Positions 9,652 through 18,633 of a DNA stretch of 64,000 nucleotides are shown one piece after another (the first letter of the stretch is position 1; every line of letters begins with the position of its first letter). The position numbers were made by a program, and so were the translations under genes. Where the stretch lies: the NCBI GenBank assembly GCA_963721305.1, contig CAVRIR010000003.1, forward strand, positions 926,511 to 990,510, in the 5' to 3' direction. Origin of the DNA: an uncultured Acidimicrobiia bacterium. GTDB lineage: Bacteria > Actinomycetota > Acidimicrobiia > Acidimicrobiales > JACDCH01. Under the pieces are notes generated by a model, which was not told where the DNA came from, made no database searches, and saw only the letters and a program-made list of their open reading frames with translations.

Positions 9652-10725
9652 TCAGCCCGTGACGGTCCCGCCGCCAATTGGCACGAGCTCGACCCAGGTG
9701 CGACCAGGGGTCAGCTTCACCGGGTTGCCCTGCTGATCCGTGTAGACGGGCACCGCGTCCGGCGCCGACTTCGACCAGTTGCCGTCGACGCGCATCCCGT
9801 TGGTCAGGATCCAGGCCGAACCGTTGCCGACGAGGTCTGCTTCGGGGACCGGCGCACCCGTGACGTCGGTGTAACCGGTGTCGTGGTAGGTGACGAACTG
9901 CACGATCACGTTCTGCGGCGTGACCTGCGCGCCGCTCTCGTCGAAGTCGGGCGTTCCCTTCTGGTTGCGCAGGAAACCACCGGCCTGGGCCGACCACGTG
10001 TAGTCGATCGGCGCGCTGCCGGCGCCACCGCCGAAGACCAGGTTGACGGACCCGACCGGTACGGCCGACGGCAACACCGGTTCACCGGCCGCGCGGTACG
10101 GGAAGAGCGCGGGCGGCGCAGGCGCGTACGGCGGCGTCTGCGTGTACAGCTGCGGCGTCGACGAGTACAGGTTGTGCGGAGCCACGTGACCAGTCTGGTT
10201 GCGGCGCGTGTACAGGTCGGGATGTGCGTCGTAGCCCACGTCGATGAGCGGCGACGAGCGGATCAGCTGGGCGAACCCGGCATTGGCGCCCGACCACGCG
10301 TACAGCGGCTTGTTCAAGGGGCTGAAGACCGCGACGTCGGTGCTTCGAGCGGAACGGACGGGACCGATCGGATCGGCGTCCGTCGACTGGAAGACCGCCG
10401 CGAGCCGCGTGACGCTGCCTTCGACCATCTCTTCGTACACGACGTCGGCCTGGTTGAGACCGAGCTGCGGCCGCGCTTCGTTGCCGCGGCCTCCATCGGC
10501 GTTGTCGATCTTCACGACGAGCGCGGGGCGGTTCGCCGTGGCCGAATCGGTGACCGGCAGACCGGTCAAGGGGTACACCGCAGGTGCGGGTGCCGCGGTG
10601 GTCGTCGTCGCGAGCGTGGTCGACGTTGTCGTGCTCGCGCTGGTGGACGTCTTGCTGCCGCTGCTGCAGGCGGCGACGAACAAGAGTCCGGCCGCGACGA
10701 ATGCAGTGATACGACGGCGGTTCAT
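9652..10725 (-). CDS. DUF3048-family lipoprotein
   Basis: ORF 9652..10725. Signal peptide with lipobox (LFVAAC), a Ser/Thr-rich linker, then YPLTGLP...RPALVVKIDN...GLNQADVVYEE, as in DUF3048 proteins (recollection). Confidence 0.75.
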   Translation of the reverse strand: MNRRRITAFVAAGLLFVAACSSGSKTSTSASTTTSTTLATTTTAAPAPAVYPLTGLPVTDSATANRPALVVKIDNADGGRGNEARPQLGLNQADVVYEEMVEGSVTRLAAVFQSTDADPIGPVRSARSTDVAVFSPLNKPLYAWSGANAGFAQLIRSSPLIDVGYDAHPDLYTRRNQTGHVAPHNLYSSTPQLYTQTPPYAPAPPALFPYRAAGEPVLPSAVPVGSVNLVFGGGAGSAPIDYTWSAQAGGFLRNQKGTPDFDESGAQVTPQNVIVQFVTYHDTGYTDVTGAPVPEADLVGNGSAWILTNGMRVDGNWSKSAPDAVPVYTDQQGNPVKLTPGRTWVELVPIGGGTVTG

Positions 10726-10763
10726 TGCTTTGCTGACTCCAAGAAAGAAGGTCGGGATCTCTG

Positions 10764-11613
10764 CTAGAGCTCCCGAAGAGCTGCGATCCGCTCTTCGAGC
10801 GGGGGGTGAGTGTCGAACAGACGGTTCAAGCGAGAGAGGCGGCCCTCCTCCTTTTGGGTCGGCAGAGGCTGCTCGATCCAGAGGTGTGCGGTTGCTCTCG
10901 AGTGGGCGTGGACGACGGTTTCGTCGTCCTTCAGTTTCTCAAGAGCGGATATGAGACCGGGTGGATACCTGGTGAGCTCGACCCCCGACATGTCTGCGAG
11001 GGACTCCCGGCGGCGGCTGACCGCGAACTGCATGAGCTGCGCGATGAGCGGTGCGAGCAACAGCAACGCGAACCCGAACAAGGCAAGGATCGCCTGCGGA
11101 CCGCCGCCGTTGTTGTCGTCGCGGTTGCGTCCGCCGCCCCACCAGAGGAAGCGAATGCCGAGATCCGACGCGAGCGCGATGAAGCCCACGAGCGTGACGG
11201 CGAGCGTCGAGACGAGGATGTCGTAGTTCTTGATGTGGCTCAGCTCGTGCGCGATCACGCCTTCGAGCTCGATGCGATTCATCTTGTCGAGCAGCCCGGT
11301 GGTGACCGCGATCGCCGCGTGCTTCGGATCGCGTCCGGTGGCGAACGCGTTCGGCGCGACGTCGTCGATGATGTACACGCGCGGCTTCGGAAGGCCCGCG
11401 GCGATGCACAGTCCTTCGACGATGTTGTGCAGGCGCGCGTACTCCGTGGGATCCGCGGGCCGCGCGCGACTCATCGCGAGCGCAACCGCGTCGGACTTCC
11501 AGTACGACGACGAACGACGTACCGAGCGCGACGACGAGCGCGATGACGACGCCGATCCATCCGAACTGGAGCAGCGCGTTGAGCACGATCGCCACGGCGA
11601 CCGCGAGCAGCAC
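10764..11613 (-). pseudogene. htpX: M48-family zinc metalloprotease (HtpX-like), apparent +1 frameshift near 11505
   Basis: The catalytic part (ORF 10764..11474) carries HELSHIKNYD and a C-terminal THPP..ERI. The N-terminal TM part (...IALVVALGTSFVV) is in the frame of ORF 10939..11613. Removing one G at about 11505 joins ...GTSFVV|YWKSDAVALAMSRARP, matching the usual HtpX junction. The conserved N-terminus extends right up to the lemA stop with no ATG/GTG/TTG. Confidence 0.7.
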
Positions 11614-11700
11614 GAACGCCCCGATCAGAAGCGCGGACCGTCGTTTGTTGGAGGTGACCTGGTCGTACAGGGTGCGGGAGTTCCAGTGTCGAAGAAGGGC

Positions 11701-12288
11701 TTACTGCGGGGCTTGGCCCGTGGCCGGCGGCGGCGTGTCGAACGAGACCTGGACGGGCTCACGTGACTGCTCGTCGATCTCGAAGTACTCACGCGGCGTG
11801 AAGTGCATGGCGCCGGCCACGACCACCGCGGGGAACGTCTGGATCTTCGTGTTATAGCTCTGCACCGTGTCGTTGTAGAACTGCCGCGCGTAGGCGATGC
11901 GACCCTCGGTGCCGGTCAGTTCCTCCTGGAGTTGGAGGAAGTTCTGGTTGGCCTTCAGGTCGGGGTACGCCTCGGACAGCGCGAACAGCGACTTCAACGC
12001 CCCGGTGAGCATGTTCTCGGCCTGCGCCTGCTCCTGCACGCCTTGCGCGTTGACGCCCATGTTGCGGGCTTGGACCACCGCTTCCAGCGTCTGACGCTCG
12101 TGGGCGGCATAGCCCTTGACCGTTTCGACGAGGTTGGGGATGAGGTCGTAGCGACGCTTCAGCTGCACGTCGATCTGCGACCACGCGTTGTCGACCCGGT
12201 TGCGGAGTTTCACCACCCCGTTGAAGACGACGACGCCGATGATCGCCACGAGGACGATGAGCGCCAGCACGATGACGAGTGCGATCAC
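11701..12288 (-). CDS. lemA: LemA family protein
   Basis: ORF 11701..12288. N-terminal TM helix followed by [28 protein letters not shown]...YPDLKAN, a typical LemA sequence. Confidence 0.9.
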   Translation of the reverse strand: MIALVIVLALIVLVAIIGVVVFNGVVKLRNRVDNAWSQIDVQLKRRYDLIPNLVETVKGYAAHERQTLEAVVQARNMGVNAQGVQEQAQAENMLTGALKSLFALSEAYPDLKANQNFLQLQEELTGTEGRIAYARQFYNDTVQSYNTKIQTFPAVVVAGAMHFTPREYFEIDEQSREPVQVSFDTPPPATGQAPQ

Positions 12289-12340
12289 GGACCGTCATGC
12301 TACTTGGCCGCCGCCCGACCGCCCGATCGCACGCCCCCCG

Positions 12341-12391
12341 GCGAATGTTGGACGGAAACGGGCGCCATGGCGCCCGTTTCTCCCCGGAGTT
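12341..12391 (+). repeat. REP-like 51-nt palindromic element, copy 1
   Basis: GCGAATGTTGGACGGAAACGGGCGCCATGGCGCCCGTTTCTCCCCGGAGTT. Near-identical to the copies at 21195, 26792 and 32127. Intergenic between pimA and lemA. Confidence 0.85.
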
Positions 12392-12400
12392 CACTGAGGT

Positions 12401-12455
12401 CGGGCGAAAAACACGACAGGAGGGGCCCGCTGGAGAAGGCCCCTCCTCGTCGTGT
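12401..12455 (-). terminator. candidate intrinsic terminator downstream of pimA
   Basis: On the minus strand: ACACGACGAGGAGGGGCC-loop-GGCCCCTCCTGTCGTGT followed by TTTTTCG. This is a stem of about 17 bp followed by a U-run. Confidence 0.5.
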
Positions 12456-12594
12456 TGCCCCCGTTGCTGCGAAGGTGTTCCGTCGTTCTCTGTGGTGTGG
12501 TGGACGCACTCCGTGGTTGCCGCCAACGATGCTGCAAATCTCAGCGCCAGGCCATGGCGCGAACGGGCCGTTTTTCGTAGCCCTCACTCACTAG

Positions 12595-13664
12595 TCACAG
12601 CCGCTGGTAGAGCGCGAGGTACCGCTGCGCGAGGTTGTCCATCGAGAACTCCTCCGCCCGCTGCTGCGCCGAGGTCACCAGCGCGTCCGCGCACGACGGG
12701 TTCCTGAGGACCTCGCGCGAGCGCCGCCGCCAGCGCTTCCGCGTCGCCGGGAGGCACGAGGATGGCGTCGGCGCCAGAGCGAGCCACGTTGCGGTAGCCG
12801 TCGAGGTCGCTCGCCACCACTGGCGTCTGCGCGGCCATGGCCTCGAGCAGCACCACCCCGAACGACTCACCGCGCAGCGAGGGCGCGCAGAACACGTTCG
12901 GCGCCCCGCAGCCGCGACGCCTTCTCCTCGTCGCTGATGCGCCCGAGCCACTCGATCCGCGGATCGCCGGCGTGGCGCGAGCGCAGCGCGGCCGTCTCGG
13001 GACCGTCCCCGGCGACCCACACCCGGATGTCCGCCGGCAGATGGCGAAGCGGCGTCGAGCAGGACGTCGAGGCCCTTGCGGGGCTCGTGGCGCCCGATGA
13101 AGAAGATCGTCGGGCTGTCGGTCTTCGAGGGCAACGCCTTGGCGAACCGCTCGATCTCGATGCCGTTGAACAGCAGCTCGTACTCGCCGCCCAGCGCGCC
13201 GCTTCGCCATGTCGCGTGCCGCCTCGGACACCGCGCACCGCTGGTCGAGCCGTCCCGCCAGCCAGCGCACGCCGGGTCTGAGATAGCGATAGGCCGCGCT
13301 GGTGCCGGCGGCGTGGAACGTCCCGAGCAGCGGGGCGTTGCGGAACAGGATCGCGGTCATCGTCGGGCCGGGGACGAGCGGTTCGTGCAGGTGCAGCACG
13401 TCGAAGGACTCGTCGCGCAGCGCCCGGATCGTGCGCAGCTGGCACGACGGGTCGGGAGCGATCGGCGCGACCGATCCGTTGGCCGCGGTCGGGATCGAGC
13501 GCCCGAGCGGCGTCACCCCAGCGTCCGGAGGCGGCCGCGTCGCACGGGCCGAGCACGCGGGCCTGATGGCCGGCGTGCCGCAGCGAGCGCGCCAGCCCCA
13601 ACACCTGCCCTTGCACACCACCAGGTGTCGTCAGGCTGTAGGGGCAGACGAGTCCTACCCGCAC
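12595..13664 (-). pseudogene. pimA: phosphatidylinositol alpha-mannosyltransferase (GT4, PimA-like) broken by five frameshifts
   Basis: Conserved PimA blocks are spread over three frames. MRVGLVCPYSLTTPGGVQ is in frame c; SFDVLHLHEP...TFHAAG in frame a; FFIGRHEPRKGLDVLL in frame b; DIRVWVAGDGPE...EEKA in frame c; VFCAPSLRGESFGVVLLEAMAA...VVASD in frame a; and the C-terminus ...LALYQRL* in frame b. Shifts lie near 13530, 13196, 13050, 12896 and 12715. Confidence 0.75.
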
Positions 13665-13692
13665 GGGCGCAACGGTACTTCTCGCGACGGCG

Positions 13693-14632
13693 TCAGCCCA
13701 CAGAGTGCGCGTCGGCCCATCCCGGATCGCTCGGCCAGTTCGGCTGGAGCAGGTGCCACTGCTCGGGCGCGGCCCGGATCAGCCGCTCGAGCTCGTTGGC
13801 GAGCAGCTGCGTCACCCGGGCGACGTCGTCGCGCAGGCGCCCCTGCGCGCTCGGCCGGGAGGGGAGGGCACACCATCGCGAGATGGTCGTGAGGACGGAA
13901 GTACACGGCGACCGGCAACAGCGGCGCACCGGTGCGCAGGGCGAGGGTCGCCGGGCCGCCCGGCAGCAACGTCCGCTCGCCGAAGAACTCGACTTCCACG
14001 CCGCCGCCGCCGATGTCTCGGTCGCACAGCAGGCACACCACGTGGTTGGCGCGCAAGGCCTTGACCACCGCGGTGCCCGCGTCGGCGTCGAGCGGGATGA
14101 TGTTCATGCCGAAGGCGCCCCGAAGGTCGGCGAACCACTCGAACAGCTCGGGCGGCTCGAGCGCCTCGACCACGACGCTCACGTTCCTGTGCTGCACCTC
14201 GGCGAGCCAGAACCCGCCCCACTCCCATCCGCCGAGATGGGGAAGAGCGAGGATCACGCCGCGGCCCGCGGCCAGGCCGTCGTCGACGTTGTTCATGCCC
14301 CGATAGGACATGCCGGCGTCGAGCACGTCCGAGCTCGTCCCTGGGAGCCGGAGCGACTCGGCCCAGTACCGCGCGTACGACTCGAACGTCGCGGCGACCG
14401 ACCGCCGCAGCTCGAGACCGCGCAGGCCCGGACCGTGGATGCGGCGAAGGTTGCGCTCGACCTGTCGGCGCCGCCCTACCGACACCTCTGCGAAGCCGTG
14501 TGCAACGACTCGCGCCGCGACGTCAGCCGCGGGTGCGGGTATCGCTCGTGCCACTGCGGCACCGAGCTTGTAAGCGGTGACGGTCGAGGCGGTCAGCGAG
14601 TCCGGCGGCGAGACTCGCGCGCGGCCGCCCAC
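13693..14632 (-). pseudogene. phosphatidylinositol mannoside acyltransferase (LPLAT/HtrB-like), apparent frameshift near 13865-13885
   Basis: ORF 13655..14632 carries the acyltransferase body (HLGGWEW, CLLCDRD). The conserved C-terminus (RLRDDVARVTQLLANELERLIRAAPEQWHLLQPNW) is in the frame of ORF 13693..13929. The switch falls in a C-rich run (CCCTCCCCTCCC). Confidence 0.7.
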
Positions 14633-15309
14633 CGCTCCCGACGCATGCGGCTGCGCTCAGTACCGCGTGCGACGCGCGGTGACCGCCAGCGAGCGACGAG
14701 CTGCGTGCGCGGCTTCGTGGCCGGTTTCGGGTTCGACGCCTGCGTCCACACGTGCACGAACCGCTGCACCGCGGTGACGGCGGTCAGGATCAGCATCACC
14801 CACAGGACGGCGATCAGGAGCCCTTCGAACAGAAGCCCGATCCCGAGCGCCATGAGTCGCTCGGCCCGCTCCATCAAGCCACCGCGCGCCTCGAAACCGA
14901 GGGACTCGGCCTTCGCCCGCTCGTACGAGATCAGCATGGACATGGCGAGCACGGCGAGCGGGAGCATCGCGATGTGGCCGCCGTACGTGCTCTGGAGGTA
15001 CCACGCGATGCCGCCGAGCAGCAGGGCGTCGCTCACCCGGTCGGCGACAGAGTCGAAGAAGGCCCCACGGGGCGTGGCCGTCCCGGATGCCTTGGCCACG
15101 GCGCCGTCGAGCACGTCGGGCACGGCCGTGAGGAGCAGCAGCACGAACCCGAGGCGCAGCGCCCCGTTCGCGATGGCGATGGCGGCACCGACGGCCATCA
15201 CCACGCCGAGCAGGGTGAGGTGGTCGGCGGTGATGCCGCTGCGCTTCAGGTTGGCGCCGACCGGCTGGAGTCGCTGCTCCACCGTTGGTCGTAGGCGCTT
15301 GTCGAACAT
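14593..15309 (-). CDS. pgsA: CDP-alcohol phosphatidyltransferase (phosphatidylinositol phosphate synthase-like)
   Basis: ORF 14593..15309. Contains DG..AR.....T..G...D...D motif elements (DVLDGAVAK...GAFFDSVADRVSD) and multiple TM segments. Sits upstream of the acyltransferase and pimA, as in mycobacteria. Confidence 0.85.
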   Translation of the reverse strand: MFDKRLRPTVEQRLQPVGANLKRSGITADHLTLLGVVMAVGAAIAIANGALRLGFVLLLLTAVPDVLDGAVAKASGTATPRGAFFDSVADRVSDALLLGGIAWYLQSTYGGHIAMLPLAVLAMSMLISYERAKAESLGFEARGGLMERAERLMALGIGLLFEGLLIAVLWVMLILTAVTAVQRFVHVWTQASNPKPATKPRTQLVARWRSPRVARGTERSRMRRERWAAARESRRRTR

Positions 15310-15468
15310 TCAGGGGGGCTCCCGCAATCGGATGCGAAGCGATCAAAAGATACCAGTGGGCTCCCCGAACGAGCGACATGGCAGACCGGGTCCCCCGGAG
15401 AGAGCGAGGGAGCAGACTGCATGTAGCGTCATTGCACAAACTGATCGAGTCATTGGGGGGCCGACGAC

Positions 15469-17538
15469 TTGAAGCGTTTTCCGCCAGAGCAGATCCGCAA
15501 CGTCGCCTTGGTCGGGCACGGCGGGTCGGGGAAGACGACCCTGGCGGAGGCACTGTTGCACTGTGCCGGCGCCGTGACCAGGGTCGGAAGGGTCGAGGAC
15601 GGTACGACGGTCACCGACTTCGACCCGGAGGAGCAGAAGCGAGGGCTTTCGCTGTCGCTCGCCGTGGCACCGTTCGAGTGGAAGGACCACAAGGTCAACC
15701 TGATCGACTGCCCCGGTTACGCCGACTTCGTGGGCGACGTGCACGCCGCGTTGCGGGTGGCCGACCTGGCGGTGTTCGTCGTGAGCGCGGTAGAGGGCGT
15801 CGAGGTCCAGACCTATGCGACGTGGAAGATCGCCGCGCAGCTCGGGGTGCCTCGCATGGTGTTCGTCAACAAGCTCGATCGGGAACGTGCGAACTTCGAG
15901 CGCACCCTCGACGATCTCCGCGACCGGTTCGGCGCCGGCGTGGCGCCACTCGAGTTGCCGATCGGGGAAGAAGCCGCGTTCCACGGCGTCGCCGACCTGC
16001 TCACGGACACCGCGTACTTCTACGACGGCGGCACGGCGACGCACGGCGAGGTGCCGGACGAGCTCGCCACGCTCGAGCACCAGGTGCACGACAATCTCGT
16101 CGAAGGCATCGTCGTGGCCGACGACGAGCTGCTCGAGCGCTACCTGGGTGGTGAGGAGATCGCCGGCGACGAGCTCGAGCACACGCTGGCCAGGGGCGTG
16201 GCCGAAGCGACCGTGTTCCCGGTCGTCGTGGGCTCCGCGACGAGCACCGTCGCGATCGATCGCCTGGCCGACTTCATCTGCGAGATCGGGCCCTCGCCCG
16301 TGGATCGTCCGCCCGTCACGGTGCACGCCGGCGACACCGAGGTCGACGTCGCCCCGGATCCGAACGGCGAGCCGCTGGCGTTCGTGTTCAAGACGATCGC
16401 CGACGCGTACGTCGGGCGCATCTCGTTGTTCAAGGTGCTGTCCGGCACGATCCGCCCTGACGACCATCTCTCGAACCCGCGGTCCGGCACGGAAGAGCGG
16501 CTGCACGGACTGTTCGCGCTGCGGGGCAAGGAGCAGGTGCAGCTCGACGAGGTCCCCGCCGGCGACATCGCCGCGGTCGCCAAGCTCACCGCGACGGCGA
16601 CCGGCGACACGCTCGCCCCGAAGGGCAAGCCCGTCAGGATCGACCCGATCGTCAGCCCGCCTCCGGTGCTCGCGACCGCGATCCTCGCCCGCACGCAGGC
16701 CGACGAAGACAAGCTCGCCAACGCGCTGCACCGCTTGCAGGAAGAGGACCCGTCGCTGGTGATCGAGCGCAGCGAAGAGACGAAGCAGACGGTCATGCGC
16801 GGCACCGGCGACACACATCTGCAGATCACCCTCGAGAAGCTCGCTCGCAAGTTCGGCGTCGACGTCGACACCGAGGACGTTCGCGTTCCCTACCGCGAGA
16901 CCATCACCGGATCCGCCCACAACGTCGAGGGCAAGCACAAGAAGCAGTCCGGCGGCCACGGCCAGTTCGGCGTGTGCGTCATCAACGTCGAGCCGCTCCC
17001 TCGCGGCGACGGCTTCGAGTTCGTCGACAAGATCGTCGGCGGCGCGATCGCTCGCGGGTACATCCCTGCGGTGCAGAAGGGCGTCGAAGAGACGATGGCG
17101 TCGGGCGGCCTGTACGGGCACCCGATCGTGGACGTGAAGGTCGAGCTCATCGACGGCAAGCAGCACGCCGTCGACTCCTCCGAGATGGCGTTCAAGATCG
17201 CGGGGCGCCTCGCGATCCGTGAAGCCATGGCGAAGGCCGACCCCGTCCTGCTCGAACCGATCTCGATGCTCGAGGTCACCGTTCCCGCCGAGTACCAGGG
17301 CGACGTCATGGGCGACCTCAACGCCCGCCGGGGTCGCGTGCAGGGGACGGAAGCCGCCGGTGACGGCGAACAGACGGTCACCGCGCTCGTGCCGACGTCA
17401 GAGGTCCTCCGTTACGCCATCGACCTCCGCTCGCTCACGGGCGGGCGCGGACGATTCAGCGCCACCCACGACCACTACGACGTCCTGCCTGCGCATCTCG
17501 TCGACAAGGTCAAGCGGGAGACCAAGGACCAGGACTGA
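15469..17538 (+). CDS. elongation factor G-like GTPase (EF-G2 type paralog)
   Basis: ORF 15469..17538 with a TTG start. G1 GHGGSGKTT, G3 DCPGYADF, G4 NKLD, and EF-G domains II-V are recognisable. It is not in a str operon context. Confidence 0.9.
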   Translation: MKRFPPEQIRNVALVGHGGSGKTTLAEALLHCAGAVTRVGRVEDGTTVTDFDPEEQKRGLSLSLAVAPFEWKDHKVNLIDCPGYADFVGDVHAALRVADLAVFVVSAVEGVEVQTYATWKIAAQLGVPRMVFVNKLDRERANFERTLDDLRDRFGAGVAPLELPIGEEAAFHGVADLLTDTAYFYDGGTATHGEVPDELATLEHQVHDNLVEGIVVADDELLERYLGGEEIAGDELEHTLARGVAEATVFPVVVGSATSTVAIDRLADFICEIGPSPVDRPPVTVHAGDTEVDVAPDPNGEPLAFVFKTIADAYVGRISLFKVLSGTIRPDDHLSNPRSGTEERLHGLFALRGKEQVQLDEVPAGDIAAVAKLTATATGDTLAPKGKPVRIDPIVSPPPVLATAILARTQADEDKLANALHRLQEEDPSLVIERSEETKQTVMRGTGDTHLQITLEKLARKFGVDVDTEDVRVPYRETITGSAHNVEGKHKKQSGGHGQFGVCVINVEPLPRGDGFEFVDKIVGGAIARGYIPAVQKGVEETMASGGLYGHPIVDVKVELIDGKQHAVDSSEMAFKIAGRLAIREAMAKADPVLLEPISMLEVTVPAEYQGDVMGDLNARRGRVQGTEAAGDGEQTVTALVPTSEVLRYAIDLRSLTGGRGRFSATHDHYDVLPAHLVDKVKRETKDQD

Positions 17539-17575
17539 AGCGCGGAACCGCGAGATTCGATCCGAGGGACGACTC

Positions 17576-18103
17576 ATGCCGTGCGAGGAGTGCGGGTTCT
17601 CGCACCGGTCGCTCCCCATCGAAGACGCTCCCGCCGCGCTGCGCGAGCTCGGCCCCCGTTATCGCGTGCCGATGACGCGGGGTCTGCGGAACGAGGACCT
17701 CGACTCACTGCTGCGTGCGCATCCCATCGACGGCACGTGGTCGGCCCTCGAATACGCGTGCCACGTGCGCGACGTGCTGGCAATCCAACGGGACCGTCTC
17801 GACGTCGCACGGTCAACGGACGACTACGCGCCCGAGCCGATGGGCCGGGACGAGCGTGTCGCGGAGCTGCGCTACAACGAACAGGATCCGGTCGAGGTCG
17901 CGGACGAGCTCGAGATGAACGCCGAGAGCATCGCCGGGTACGTCGAGAACTTCGGCCCCGATGATTGGGAGCGCACGATGACGTACTCATTTCCCCAAGA
18001 GGCGGTCCGGCCGTTGACGTGGGTGGTGCGCCACACGGTGCACGAAGGCGAGCACCACCTACTCGACATCGGTCGCGTACTGCGCGCGGCACGAGGGCGG
18101 TGA
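17576..18103 (+). CDS. DinB family protein with an N-terminal CxxC motif
   Basis: In frame in ORF 17219..18103 from ATG 17576 (MPCEECGF...). The C-terminal VRHTVHEGEHHLLDI is typical of DinB_2 metal-binding helices. Confidence 0.7.
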   Translation: MPCEECGFSHRSLPIEDAPAALRELGPRYRVPMTRGLRNEDLDSLLRAHPIDGTWSALEYACHVRDVLAIQRDRLDVARSTDDYAPEPMGRDERVAELRYNEQDPVEVADELEMNAESIAGYVENFGPDDWERTMTYSFPQEAVRPLTWVVRHTVHEGEHHLLDIGRVLRAARGR

Positions 18104-18106
18104 AGC

Positions 18107-18631
18107 ATGAGTGACGGATTGAACGTCTCCCGATTGGCGCCCGGAGACGCGGTCGCGGCGCTGCGTTCGTACCCGCGGCGCTTCCGCTCCGCGCTGACTT
18201 CGCTCGACGACGACGATCGGGCGAGCGCCGACGACCTGGTGCACCGCGCTGGATCGGACGGCCTGTCCGCTGTCGATCATGCCGATCACGTCGCCCGGAG
18301 CGTCGCGGTGCTCGGTGAGGCTTTGCGGCAGGTGCTCGTGCAGGACCAGCCGACGCTCCTGCCGGCGGTCGCCGATGACTCCGCCCGCGAGTGGCAGATG
18401 GCGGCCCAACCGTCGGCCGTCGACGCGGTGCTGGACTTCGTCACGGTCGAGTGCGACTCGATGGCCGACCTCGTCGAACGCACGAGCGCCGACGAATGGA
18501 CGCGGACCGGAACCGTGGCGGGATCCGGACGAGCGATCTCCGCGATCGACATCGTCCGCGAAGCAGTCAAGACGGGTGCCGACCACCTGCGCGCCGCCGA
18601 GCGCGCCATCCAGTCGGCGAAGGGCCGCTGA
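18107..18631 (+). CDS. hypothetical protein (DinB-like helical bundle suspected)
   Basis: ORF 18107..18631 starts 3 nt after the previous stop. No strong motif recognised. Confidence 0.5.
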   Translation: MSDGLNVSRLAPGDAVAALRSYPRRFRSALTSLDDDDRASADDLVHRAGSDGLSAVDHADHVARSVAVLGEALRQVLVQDQPTLLPAVADDSAREWQMAAQPSAVDAVLDFVTVECDSMADLVERTSADEWTRTGTVAGSGRAISAIDIVREAVKTGADHLRAAERAIQSAKGR

Positions 18632-18633
18632 CC

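Noticed and set aside
12279-12707. Recurrent peptide MLDGNGR(Y/H/D)GARFSPE (and GEKRAPWRPF / GETGA(M/I)APVS) in four otherwise unrelated track ORFs, which at first looked like a shared protein domain.
   Set aside because: It is simply the six-frame translation of the 51-nt REP-like DNA element. The ORFs carrying it are otherwise non-coding or antisense.
15343-17166. Very long antisense ORFs. Examples: 15343..17166 opposite EF-G2, 21138..23276 opposite thrS, 55455..57572 opposite pafA, 61303..63471 opposite arc, 13076..15472, and 51..1229.
   Set aside because: These are typical shadow ORFs of 70% GC DNA. They are Arg/Ala/Gly/Pro-rich with no recognisable motifs, and each lies opposite a gene with unmistakable conserved signatures.
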